NCBI GenBank assembly: GCA_963817435.1
Contig: CAWFNY010000001.1
Coordinates: 503,831-567,830 of the forward strand
Direction of reading: 5' to 3'
Length of the DNA stretch: 64,000 nucleotides
Source: an uncultured Gemmatimonadales bacterium
GTDB taxonomy: Bacteria > Gemmatimonadota > Gemmatimonadetes > Gemmatimonadales > GWC2-71-9
Shown here: in pieces, positions 27,685 through 36,271 of the stretch
How the letters are laid out: every line of letters starts with the position of its first letter
How positions within the stretch are numbered: the stretch's first letter is position 1
Notes under the pieces: model-generated
Databases searched by the model: none
What the model was told of the DNA's origin: nothing
What the model saw: the letters and a program-made list of their open reading frames with translations, nothing else
Position numbers and translations under genes: made by a program

Positions 27685-27993
27685 ATGCGCGACTTTCACC
27701 CGTCCGATGCCATGCCCGCCTATCGCAACCGCAGGATCGATGTCGTCCTCGATGTCCGGACCCGGCTCGAGTTCTGGCTGGGTCATCTCGAGGGAGCGCA
27801 GTGTGTTCCGGTCCAGAGCCTCGCCGCCGCGGTCGCCAAGCGCGCTGACATCGCCAGGGACGCCCACATCATGGTGTACTGCGCCAGCGGCGCCCGTTCG
27901 GCCGCCGCGACGGCCACGCTCCGGTCGCTGGGCTTCCGGCACGTGGTCGATGCCGGCGGAATGGCGCAGGCCACCGGCGACTACACCCCGTAG
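27685..27993 (+). CDS. single-domain rhodanese-like sulfurtransferase
   Basis: IDVVLDVRTRLEFWLGHLEGA and active-site loop YCASGARS. The start is uncertain (ATG 27685 or 27712). Confidence 0.75.
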   Translation: MRDFHPSDAMPAYRNRRIDVVLDVRTRLEFWLGHLEGAQCVPVQSLAAAVAKRADIARDAHIMVYCASGARSAAATATLRSLGFRHVVDAGGMAQATGDYTP

Positions 27994-28003
27994 AATCCAC
28001 ACC

Positions 28004-28678
28004 ATGATGCAAGACTCCAGCAAGGATGCCGGCGAGGAGGCCCAGCGGCCGGACGCCGCGGCGTCCTGGAATCAGCGATTTGCCGCCGAGGAGTACGTGT
28101 TCGGCACCGAGCCAAACGAGTGGCTGCGCGCCCACGCCAGCGTCTGGCCGGCGGGCGCGCGGGTGCTGTCCGTCGCCGATGGCGAGGGCCGGAACAGCGT
28201 GTGGCTGGCCGGGCAGGGGTTCGAGGTGGACGCCTTCGACATCGCCGCAAGCGGGATCGCCAAGGCCAGGCGGCTGGCGGCGGCGCGCGGGGTGACCGTG
28301 CACTTCACGCTCGCCGACTGCGATTCCTATCCCTGGCCGTCCGCGGCCTACGATGGCATCGCCGCGATCTTCGTGCAGTTCGCCGATCCGGTGGCCCGGG
28401 GCCGGCTCTTCGCGAATATCGTCCGGAGCCTGAAGCCCGGTGGCACGCTGGTGCTTCAGGGGTACACGCCCAGACAGCTCGAGTACCGCACCGGAGGGCC
28501 GCCGCAGGTCGAGCATCTCTACACCGCCGCCCTGATCCGCGCCGCGTTTCCGACGCTGGAGATCCTGGAGCTGCGTGAGTACGAGGCCGAGATCGACGAG
28601 GGGCAGGGTCATCGCGGGCGATCGGCCCTGCTGGGCCTCGTGGCGCGGCGCGCGGGGGAGGGCGGCTCCGACGGATAG
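28004..28678 (+). CDS. class I SAM-dependent methyltransferase (TehB-like)
   Basis: RVLSVADGEGRNSVWLAGQGFEVDAFDIA (motif I/II) and LKPGGTLVLQGY. Confidence 0.75.
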   Translation: MMQDSSKDAGEEAQRPDAAASWNQRFAAEEYVFGTEPNEWLRAHASVWPAGARVLSVADGEGRNSVWLAGQGFEVDAFDIAASGIAKARRLAAARGVTVHFTLADCDSYPWPSAAYDGIAAIFVQFADPVARGRLFANIVRSLKPGGTLVLQGYTPRQLEYRTGGPPQVEHLYTAALIRAAFPTLEILELREYEAEIDEGQGHRGRSALLGLVARRAGEGGSDG

Positions 28679-28697
28679 CCGCCAGTGCAGACCCTCG

Positions 28698-29657
28698 TCA
28701 GCCTGTCACCCACCGGCTCACCGCGACCAGGGTGAGGCTACCCATGGCGAGCCAGAGCAGGACCCCCTGAGCGAGCGGGCGATAGCCCACCGAGCGGAGG
28801 GTCGCCAGGGTGAGGCCGGAGCCGATGAGGAAGAGAGTGAAGACGAGGGCGATCCGGGCGAGGTGGGCGAGCCCATCGAGCAGCGGGAGCGCGGTGACAG
28901 GAGCGAGGGTCCGCACGAGTGCCGCGACCAGAAAGAGCCCGATGAACCACGGCAGCGACGGGCGGCTGGAGGCTGCCGCTGATCCGCTCCGGTGCCGGGT
29001 TACTGCCGTGGCGGCCAGGGTGAGTGGCACGATCCAGAGGGCGCGGGCGAGTTTGAGCACTGTAGCTTCCTGCAGCGCCTGCGGGCCGTAGCTGGCCGCC
29101 GCGCCGACGACGGAGCTGGTGTCGTGGATCGCGATCGCGGACCAGATGCCGAACTGATGCTGGCTGAGGTGGAGGAGATGCCCGGTCGCCGGGAAGAGGT
29201 AGAGGGCGACCGCGTTCAGGACGAACACGGTAGCGAGCGACACGCTCATCGCCTCCGGGGGCGCGCCGATGGCGGGCCCGATGGCCGCGATCGCGCTGCC
29301 TCCGCAGATGCTGGTCCCCGCCGTGATGAGGAAGGAGGTTGTGCGATCGATGGCGAGCCAGCGGCCGAGGAAGAGTCCGAGGGTGACCGCGACGAGGATG
29401 CCCGCAATGGTGTAGGCGACGCCGGATGCGCCCGCCCGCGCCACGGCCGCGAGGGACATGCCGAATCCCAGACCGACGACGGATGCCTGCAGCAGCCACT
29501 TGGAGAGCATTCGCGTGGTTGTCAGGAACGGATTGCCGAGCAGCAGCGCGAGCGCGATACCGAGTCCGAGCGCCAGCGGGGGTGAGGCCCATGGGCTCAG
29601 GCTGAGCGCGGCGAGACCTCCGAAGGCGACCAGCCTGACCCGCTGCATGACAGCCAT
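28698..29657 (-). CDS. YeiH/UPF0324-family membrane protein (putative sulfate-exporter family)
   Basis: About 10 TM helices with the characteristic TSICGGSAIAA motif. Divergent from a LysR regulator, the known yeiE-yeiH arrangement. Start uncertain (29657 or 29699). Confidence 0.75.
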   Translation of the reverse strand: MAVMQRVRLVAFGGLAALSLSPWASPPLALGLGIALALLLGNPFLTTTRMLSKWLLQASVVGLGFGMSLAAVARAGASGVAYTIAGILVAVTLGLFLGRWLAIDRTTSFLITAGTSICGGSAIAAIGPAIGAPPEAMSVSLATVFVLNAVALYLFPATGHLLHLSQHQFGIWSAIAIHDTSSVVGAAASYGPQALQEATVLKLARALWIVPLTLAATAVTRHRSGSAAASSRPSLPWFIGLFLVAALVRTLAPVTALPLLDGLAHLARIALVFTLFLIGSGLTLATLRSVGYRPLAQGVLLWLAMGSLTLVAVSRWVTG

Positions 29658-29773
29658 ACGATGCCCCTCCCGACTGACGGATTCCGGTGTGTTCCCCATT
29701 CGAGTTCCAAGAGTAGGGATGTTCGGCGGGATGCACCAAGACATTTATTTCACCTCGACCACAACTCCTGGAT

Positions 29774-30718
29774 ATGCCACTCAACCTCAATGCGCTTCGC
29801 CTCTTTGACGCGGTCGCGCGGGCCGGGAGCGTGACCCGCGCGGCGGACCTGGTCCACGTCAGCCAGCCCGCGATCAGCAAGGCGCTCGGGCAGCTCGAGC
29901 GGGGATTGGGCGTGGTGCTGTTCGAGCGGCGCGCGCGCGGCATGCGCCTGACCGAAGCGGGGACGGTGCTCGCCGAGCAGGCGCGCGCGCTCTTTGGTCT
30001 CGCGCGGACGACGGAGGAGGAGATGCGGGCCTTCCGCGGGCTGCAGCGCGGCACGCTGCGGGTGGGGGCAAGCACCACCATCGGGGCGTATGTCATTCCC
30101 CCGATCCTCGCGCAATTCGCCCGGAAGTACCCGGACGTGGAGATGCGGCTGATGATCGGCAACACCGGTGAGATCGCGCGGCGCCTGTCGGCGTACGACC
30201 TGGACGTGGCCCTCGTGGAAGGGCCGGTCACCGATCCCCGCCTGGTCGCCGAGCCGTGGCGGGAGGACGTGCTCGAGCTGATCGCGCCGCGTGCGCACCC
30301 GCTGGTGGGGCGGCGCGTCACCTGGTCAGACCTGGAAGCCGAGGTGTTTCTGCTGCGGGAGCCGGGATCTGGCACCCGCGAAGTGGTGGTGCGGGGGCTG
30401 GCGGCCGCAGGCTTCACGCCGCGGCGCACGGTCGAACTCGGCAGCACGGAGGCGATCACCCGCAGCGTGGCCGCTGGGCTCGGCGTCGGTTTCGTGTCGC
30501 ACGCCGCGGCGGCCGAACAGCTCGTGCTCGGCACGGTCCCAACGCTCCGCATTCCGGGATTCCATCTCGCCCGCACGTTCAGCCGGCTCACAGTGCGCGA
30601 TCGCCGATCGAGCGGGGCGACGAGCGCCTTCGAGGGGCTGCTGGGTGGCACACCAGGAGCGACGCCGTCCGCCGGGCGCGCGGTCCCGCCGCGAATCCGC
30701 CCGCGGAAGCGCGCCTGA
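29774..30718 (+). CDS. LysR-family transcriptional regulator
   Basis: N-terminal wHTH (LNLNALRLFDAVARAGSVTRAADLVHVSQPAISKALGQLE) plus a LysR substrate-binding domain. Confidence 0.9.
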   Translation: MPLNLNALRLFDAVARAGSVTRAADLVHVSQPAISKALGQLERGLGVVLFERRARGMRLTEAGTVLAEQARALFGLARTTEEEMRAFRGLQRGTLRVGASTTIGAYVIPPILAQFARKYPDVEMRLMIGNTGEIARRLSAYDLDVALVEGPVTDPRLVAEPWREDVLELIAPRAHPLVGRRVTWSDLEAEVFLLREPGSGTREVVVRGLAAAGFTPRRTVELGSTEAITRSVAAGLGVGFVSHAAAAEQLVLGTVPTLRIPGFHLARTFSRLTVRDRRSSGATSAFEGLLGGTPGATPSAGRAVPPRIRPRKRA

Positions 30719-30802
30719 CACGATGGCCAGGCGCGCGCCGGCGCCGGCGCCGGTCCGGTCAGGCCTGTCGCCCGCCGCAGCCGCTGCCTAAGTTCTTTCC
30801 TC

Positions 30803-31843
30803 ATGGCTTTCCTCGACACCACTCAGCAACGCGCCTCCGCGGTGATCATGCTGCTCGGCGCGGTCCTGCTCATCGCGCTCGCGCCCTATGCCAGCGGTCT
30901 CGTCGGCGGACTGGTGCTCTTCGTCATCTTCGCGCCGCTGCAGGCGTGGGCCGTCAAGCGGCTCTCCCCCCGGACTAGCGCCGCCGTGATGGTGCTCCTG
31001 GCGCTGGTGCTGCTGGTGGTACCCGCCGTGAGCTTCGCGGGACTCCTGCTCGATCAGGCCCAGTCGATCGCGACCGGCGTGAGCAAGGGCCCGCTGGTGG
31101 AGCGGATCTCTGACCTCACGATCGGTGGCTTCGCGGTCGGACCACGGCTCGCCGGGATGGGGGAGAAGGCGGTGGCCTGGCTCGGGTCCAGCGCCTTCGG
31201 GTTCCTCGGTACCGCCACCCGGATCGGTCTCAACCTCACCATCTCGCTGTTCATCCTCTATTATCTCCTGCTAAGGCCCAACGAGATCTGGGCCGCCGTC
31301 AAACCCTATATCCCGTTCTCCTCGGCCAGCGCTGACCTGCTGCGCGACCGGTTCCGCGACGTCACCGTATCGACCGTCATCGGCACCGGGCTGATCGCCT
31401 GCATCCAGGGCGCCATCGTCGGTCTCGCCTTCTGGCTGACGGGGCTGTCCAACGGTCTCTTCTGGGGAGTGGTGACGGTGGTGTTCTCCGTTCTCCCGGT
31501 GGTCGGTTCCGGGATGATCTGGGGGCCGGGCGCGCTCTCGCTGTACCTGAACGGTCACCTGGGGGCCGCCCTCGCGCTGGTGGCGATGGGCGTGGTGCTG
31601 GTCGGGAATGTCGATGTGCTCATCCGCCCTGCCGTGTTCCGGCGCTACGCCCAGATCCATCCGCTGGTCACGCTGGTCGGTGCGATCGGCGGCGTGAGCT
31701 ATTTCGGGCTCATGGGAATTCTGGTCGGCCCGCTGGCCGTCTCGTATTTCTTCGAACTCATCCGCATCTACGGTGTCGAGTACCTGCACGCGGACAAGAC
31801 CGCGCCGGCGCCTCCTGCCCCCGCCGGCTCGCCCGCAGCCTGA
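30803..31843 (+). CDS. AI-2E family transporter (PerM/UPF0118)
   Basis: Polytopic membrane protein with the typical PVVGSGMIWGP and LIRPAVF segments. Confidence 0.8.
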   Translation: MAFLDTTQQRASAVIMLLGAVLLIALAPYASGLVGGLVLFVIFAPLQAWAVKRLSPRTSAAVMVLLALVLLVVPAVSFAGLLLDQAQSIATGVSKGPLVERISDLTIGGFAVGPRLAGMGEKAVAWLGSSAFGFLGTATRIGLNLTISLFILYYLLLRPNEIWAAVKPYIPFSSASADLLRDRFRDVTVSTVIGTGLIACIQGAIVGLAFWLTGLSNGLFWGVVTVVFSVLPVVGSGMIWGPGALSLYLNGHLGAALALVAMGVVLVGNVDVLIRPAVFRRYAQIHPLVTLVGAIGGVSYFGLMGILVGPLAVSYFFELIRIYGVEYLHADKTAPAPPAPAGSPAA

Positions 31844-31942
31844 GGCGGACAGTGGCACGCCGGACGCGTCCCGCCCATCGCGGCCGTGGAGGCACCTGGG
31901 CGCCGCGACAGATTCCCCGTGACCCCCCAGCGAGGCGCTGAC

Positions 31943-33055
31943 ATGGCCGCCGGGCCCGCAGCCGAAGTCCCATACGGAAAGCACCCCAGTCTGCGGGTGC
32001 GGGACGCGGCTCCCTTCAACGGGGGCCCGCCGCAGGACCTCCTCGGCGCGCAGGTGATTACGCCGACCGACCTGTTCTTCTCGCGGAACCATGGCCCGGT
32101 GCCAGTCGTCGATGTGCGGCAGTGGCGCCTGCGGGTCGGCGGACTGGTCCGCCAGCCGATGGAGTATTCCCTCGAGGAGCTGCAACGGAACTTCACCCGC
32201 CGGGCGGTCGCCGCGACGCTGGTGTGTGCAGGCCTGAGAAGGGATGAGCTGATGTCGGTGCGGGAGATTTCCGGCGAGCTGCCCTGGGGACTCGAGCCGG
32301 TGAGCACCGGCAGCTTCGCCGGCGTCGCGCTGCGGGACCTGCTGCTTGCCGCGGGGCTCGCCGAGGGCGCGGCGCACGTCGGCTTCGTCGGGCTCGACGA
32401 GGTGCGGCGGAGGCAGCGCACCTTCGGTTTCGGCGGATCCATTCCGCTCGCCAAGGCGCTCACCCCGGACGTGCTGCTCGCCTTCGAGATGAATGGCGAG
32501 CCGTTGTCCGCGATCCACGGCGGACCGGTCCGGGCCGTCGTCCCGGGCTACATCGGCGCCCGGAGCGTCAAATGGCTGGGCGAGATCGACGTCCGCTCGG
32601 CACCCTCGGACAACTATTTCCAGGTGGAGGCCTACCGGCTGCAGCGGGAGGCCCGCGGCGGCGACGCGCGAGAAGTGGCCGGCGGGGAGGCGCTCGCCGA
32701 AGTTCCGCTCAACGCGATAATCCTGTCTCCCGAGTCGGGAAGCACCAGGCCCGCTGGCCCGGTCGAGGTCGCGGGCTGGGCGTGCGGCACCGGTTGCCGG
32801 CGCCCTGGGCGGGTCGAAGTGTCAGGCGACGGCGGCGGGACCTGGGCCGACGCCACCCTCGAGGATTCGGCGGGGGAGTGGACCTGGGTGCGGTGGCGCG
32901 TCTCGGTGATGGTCGCGCCCGGGGCGCGGACCCTGGTGGCCCGCGCCTGGGATCCCGACGGCACCGGCCAGCCCGAGACCCTGGCCGAGGTGTGGAATGT
33001 GAAGGGGTACGCGAACAACGCCTGGCACCGAGTGCCGCTTGAGGTGCGGGGATGA
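31943..33055 (+). CDS. sulfite-oxidase-family (SUOX) molybdopterin oxidoreductase
   Basis: FFSRNHGPVP, Mo-ligand Cys context ATLVCAGLRRDE, GGPVRAVVPGYIGARSVKWL, and a C-terminal dimerisation domain. No signal peptide seen. Confidence 0.8.
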   Translation: MAAGPAAEVPYGKHPSLRVRDAAPFNGGPPQDLLGAQVITPTDLFFSRNHGPVPVVDVRQWRLRVGGLVRQPMEYSLEELQRNFTRRAVAATLVCAGLRRDELMSVREISGELPWGLEPVSTGSFAGVALRDLLLAAGLAEGAAHVGFVGLDEVRRRQRTFGFGGSIPLAKALTPDVLLAFEMNGEPLSAIHGGPVRAVVPGYIGARSVKWLGEIDVRSAPSDNYFQVEAYRLQREARGGDAREVAGGEALAEVPLNAIILSPESGSTRPAGPVEVAGWACGTGCRRPGRVEVSGDGGGTWADATLEDSAGEWTWVRWRVSVMVAPGARTLVARAWDPDGTGQPETLAEVWNVKGYANNAWHRVPLEVRG

Positions 33056-33074
33056 GGGACAGCGGGAGGATGCG

Positions 33075-33488
33075 ATGAGAGATCCGGCGCCCTATCTGGC
33101 GGAGCAGGCCTCTCCCCACGAATTGCGGATGGCCAGTCTGCGGCTCGCCGGATGGCTGGTGGTGCTGGTGCTGCTCGGGAACGCGGTCCGCGCGCTTCCG
33201 CTCGGGCAAACGACCCGGACCGGGATCCTTGCCTGGATGCTCGTCGCGATCTCGCTGTACTGGCTCTACGTCGGTCTCGGCTATCGCGCGCTGCTGCTGC
33301 TGCAGGTGCTCCTCTTCTCCGCGGCCGCCGCGCTGCTCGTCCTCAAGGCCGGAATAGTCCTGCTCGGGGTCGAGGGGTTTCGCGGCCTGCGGCTCTTCGC
33401 GCGGGGGCTCATTCTCGCCGGCGGGTTCTGTGCCGGGGTGAACCTCGGCGTCATGCTGGTCGCCAGCCTGGTACGCAGGCGAGAGTGA
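33075..33488 (+). CDS. hypothetical multi-pass membrane protein
   Basis: Four hydrophobic segments. No family recognised. Start uncertain. Confidence 0.35.
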   Translation: MRDPAPYLAEQASPHELRMASLRLAGWLVVLVLLGNAVRALPLGQTTRTGILAWMLVAISLYWLYVGLGYRALLLLQVLLFSAAAALLVLKAGIVLLGVEGFRGLRLFARGLILAGGFCAGVNLGVMLVASLVRRRE

Positions 33489-33553
33489 CCGGGTGTGCGG
33501 TTGCCCGCATAGGGGGAGGGCGATAACCTTCGGCCCAACCTCACTCCGCCCCC

Positions 33554-34693
33554 ATGCAAACTGGCACGACTCCCGAACCCATTCGCGGTCTCGACAACGT
33601 CCTCGCGCTGCAGTCGTCCGTCTGCCGGCTGTCGGCCGAGGATGGGCGCCTGTCCTACCGCGGCTATGACGTCCCCGAGCTGGGAGAGAAATCCTCCTAC
33701 GAGGAGACCGCCTACCTGCTCGTCGTCGGCGAGCTGCCGACCAGCGCCGAACTGCGGCTCTTCAACGGCCAGCTCAAGTCGCAGCAGAAGCTGTCGCCCG
33801 CGGCGATGCGGCTCCTCAAGTCGCTGCCGCCCGGGACCGACGCCATGGGTGCGCTCCGCGCCGCACTGGCGGTGGTCGCGCTCGAGCACGCCGTCAAGGT
33901 CCCGCCCTCGCACGAAGACGCGCTGGCCCAGAGCCTCCGCCTCATCGGCGTGACGCCGACGATCGTCGCCGCCTGGCACCGGCTCCGGACGGGGCAGAAG
34001 CCGCTACTCCCCAAGAAGAGCCAGAGCTTCGCCGCAAACTTCCTCACGATGCTCACCGGCGCCGCCCCCGAACCGTCCGCCGAGCGCGCCTTCGACACCG
34101 CCCTGATCCTCCGGGCCGACAACGAGCTGAATCCCTCGACATTCGCCGCCCGGGTGACCGCTGCGACCGGCGCCGATGTGTTCGGCTCGGTGATCGCGGC
34201 CATGTCCGCGCTCGCCGGGCCGCGGCACGGCTGGCACACCCGGAACGTGATGGCCGCGATCGAGGAGATCGGCGCGCCGGAGCGGGTGGGGGAGTGGGTG
34301 CGCGAGCGGCTGGCGCAGCGGAAGAAGATCGCCGGCTTCGGGCACGTGGTGTATCTGGGCGAGGACCCGCGCACGGGGGTGCTCCGCGGTCTGGCGGAGG
34401 CCGAGTGCCAGCGGGCCGGGTTGTGGTCGCTGTTCCGGACGGCGCGGGAACTCGAGCTGATGGTGGTGCGGGAGACCGGCCAGCATCCGATCGTCGATTT
34501 CTACCTGGCGCCGCTGTATCGCGCGGTCGGCATCCCGACCGATCTGTTCACCGCGGTGTTCGCCATCAGCCGGATGTGCGGCTGGGCCGCACACATCGTC
34601 GAGCAGTACGGCGACGAGAAACTGCTCCGTCCGCGGGCCGAGTACGTCGGTCCCGTGGATCTTCCTTACCGTACCCTTCGCCAGCGCCGCTGA
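33554..34693 (+). CDS. citrate synthase / 2-methylcitrate synthase family protein
   Basis: LSYRGYDV, ILRADNELNPSTFAARV, GPRHGW, GFGHVVY, and a ~379-aa type-I-like length. Confidence 0.85.
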   Translation: MQTGTTPEPIRGLDNVLALQSSVCRLSAEDGRLSYRGYDVPELGEKSSYEETAYLLVVGELPTSAELRLFNGQLKSQQKLSPAAMRLLKSLPPGTDAMGALRAALAVVALEHAVKVPPSHEDALAQSLRLIGVTPTIVAAWHRLRTGQKPLLPKKSQSFAANFLTMLTGAAPEPSAERAFDTALILRADNELNPSTFAARVTAATGADVFGSVIAAMSALAGPRHGWHTRNVMAAIEEIGAPERVGEWVRERLAQRKKIAGFGHVVYLGEDPRTGVLRGLAEAECQRAGLWSLFRTARELELMVVRETGQHPIVDFYLAPLYRAVGIPTDLFTAVFAISRMCGWAAHIVEQYGDEKLLRPRAEYVGPVDLPYRTLRQRR

Positions 34694-34704
34694 CCGGACC
34701 GATC

Positions 34705-36189
34705 ATGCCCTTCACATCTTCCGTCGTTTCCGCCGCTGCTTCGGGGCACGCCACGCCACTGCTTGCCGTCGCGGTGCCCCAGGGCACGCTGCCCACCTCA
34801 CTCGCGGACCTCGACGCCCAGACCGGCGGCGCGCTCGGCCGCCTCTACGCCTCCGGCGACTTCACCGGCAAGAAGGACGAGCAGGCGCTGATCCATCCGG
34901 GCGGCCCCGCCGCGCGGGTGCTGCTGCTCGGGCTCGGCAAGCTGGAGGAGCTGGGCCGCACCGGCATCCGGCGCGCCGCCGCGGCAGCCACCAAGCGCGG
35001 GCGCACGATCGGAGTGTCGTCGGTCAGCTTCCTGCTGGCGGCGGAGGGCAAGGGCACGGTGGGCGCGCGTGAGGCGGGCCAGGTCATCGCCGAGGGGCTC
35101 GCCTACGGGCAGTGGAATTACATGGAGATGAAGCAGCCGCCGGAAGAGAAGAAGCCGCTGCTCACCGAGGCCGTTCTGCTGGCGCCGACCGATACGGCCG
35201 AATACACCGCGGGACACGCGGTGGGTGCCGCCATCGCGGCCGGCCAGGCGTACACCCGCGGGCTCCAGGTGCTGCCCGGCAACGTCTGCACGCCGAGTTA
35301 TCTCGCGGCACAGGCCGGGGAGCTGGTGCGGCGGCATGGATTCAAGGGCACGGTACTCGATCTCGCTGCGATCAAGGCAGAGAAGATGGGCGGACTGCTG
35401 TGCGTGGCGCAGGGCAGTGCGGAGGAGCCGAAGTTCATCGTGCTGGAGTACGAAGGGGCGAAGGGCGCGCCGGTCGTCCTGATCGGGAAGGGCGTCACCT
35501 TCGACACGGGCGGCATCTCGATCAAGCCCGCCGACAAGATGGAGGACATGAAATACGACATGTCCGGCGCGGCCGCGGTGCTCGGCACCTTCGAGATGCT
35601 GGGCCGGCTGAAGCCGAAGGTTCGCGTGGTCGGGCTGATCCCGACAACGGAGAACATGCCGAGCGGCACGGCGGTGAAGCCGGGCGACGTGGTGACGACC
35701 CACTTCGGCAAGACGATCGAGATCATCAACACCGACGCCGAAGGCCGCCTGATTCTGGTGGACGCGCTCTCGTACGCGCGGCGCTACGAGCCGGCCTGCG
35801 TGCTCGATGCGGCGACGCTCACCGGCGCGGTCGTCGTGGCGCTGGGTCATGTGGCCTCAGGGATCATGGGAACAGACGACGCGCTGCTCGAGGAGGTGCG
35901 CCGGGCGGGCGACCGCTCGGGCGAGCGGGTCTGGCCGCTGCCGCTCTGGGACGAGTACCGCGACCTGATCAAGTCGGACATCGCCGACGTGAAGAACTCC
36001 GGCGGCCGTCCGGCCGGCAGCATCTCGGCGGGATGGTTCCTGCGGGAGTTCGTGAAGGGCTATCCCTGGGTGCACATCGACATCGCCGGCACGGCCTACA
36101 GCGATCGCGAGGATGCGACCCGCGTGAAGGGACCGACCGGCGTGTGCATGCGGCTCTTCGCGGAGTTCGTGCTGGGGCGGAGCGCGTGA
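34705..36189 (+). CDS. pepA: leucyl aminopeptidase (M17)
   Basis: VLIGKGVTFDTGGISIKP, NTDAEGRLILVDAL, LTGAVVVALG. Confidence 0.9.
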   Translation: MPFTSSVVSAAASGHATPLLAVAVPQGTLPTSLADLDAQTGGALGRLYASGDFTGKKDEQALIHPGGPAARVLLLGLGKLEELGRTGIRRAAAAATKRGRTIGVSSVSFLLAAEGKGTVGAREAGQVIAEGLAYGQWNYMEMKQPPEEKKPLLTEAVLLAPTDTAEYTAGHAVGAAIAAGQAYTRGLQVLPGNVCTPSYLAAQAGELVRRHGFKGTVLDLAAIKAEKMGGLLCVAQGSAEEPKFIVLEYEGAKGAPVVLIGKGVTFDTGGISIKPADKMEDMKYDMSGAAAVLGTFEMLGRLKPKVRVVGLIPTTENMPSGTAVKPGDVVTTHFGKTIEIINTDAEGRLILVDALSYARRYEPACVLDAATLTGAVVVALGHVASGIMGTDDALLEEVRRAGDRSGERVWPLPLWDEYRDLIKSDIADVKNSGGRPAGSISAGWFLREFVKGYPWVHIDIAGTAYSDREDATRVKGPTGVCMRLFAEFVLGRSA

Positions 36190-36195
36190 TCGAAC

Positions 36196-36267
36196 AGAGA
36201 GGGAAGAGGGAAGGGGGGAGAGGGAAGGGGGGAGAGGGCTTCCTCTTCCCTCTTCCCTCTTCCCTTT
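36196..36267. repeat. 43-nt homopurine tract (GGGAAGA/GGGAAGG units) followed by a 29-nt complementary homopyrimidine tract
   Basis: Read directly: AGAGAGGGAAGAGGGAAGGGGGGAGAGGGAAGGGGGGAGAGGG then CTTCCTCTTCCCTCTTCCCTCTTCCCTTT. Starts 7 nt after the pepA stop. Confidence 0.9.
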
Positions 36268-36271
36268 AGCG

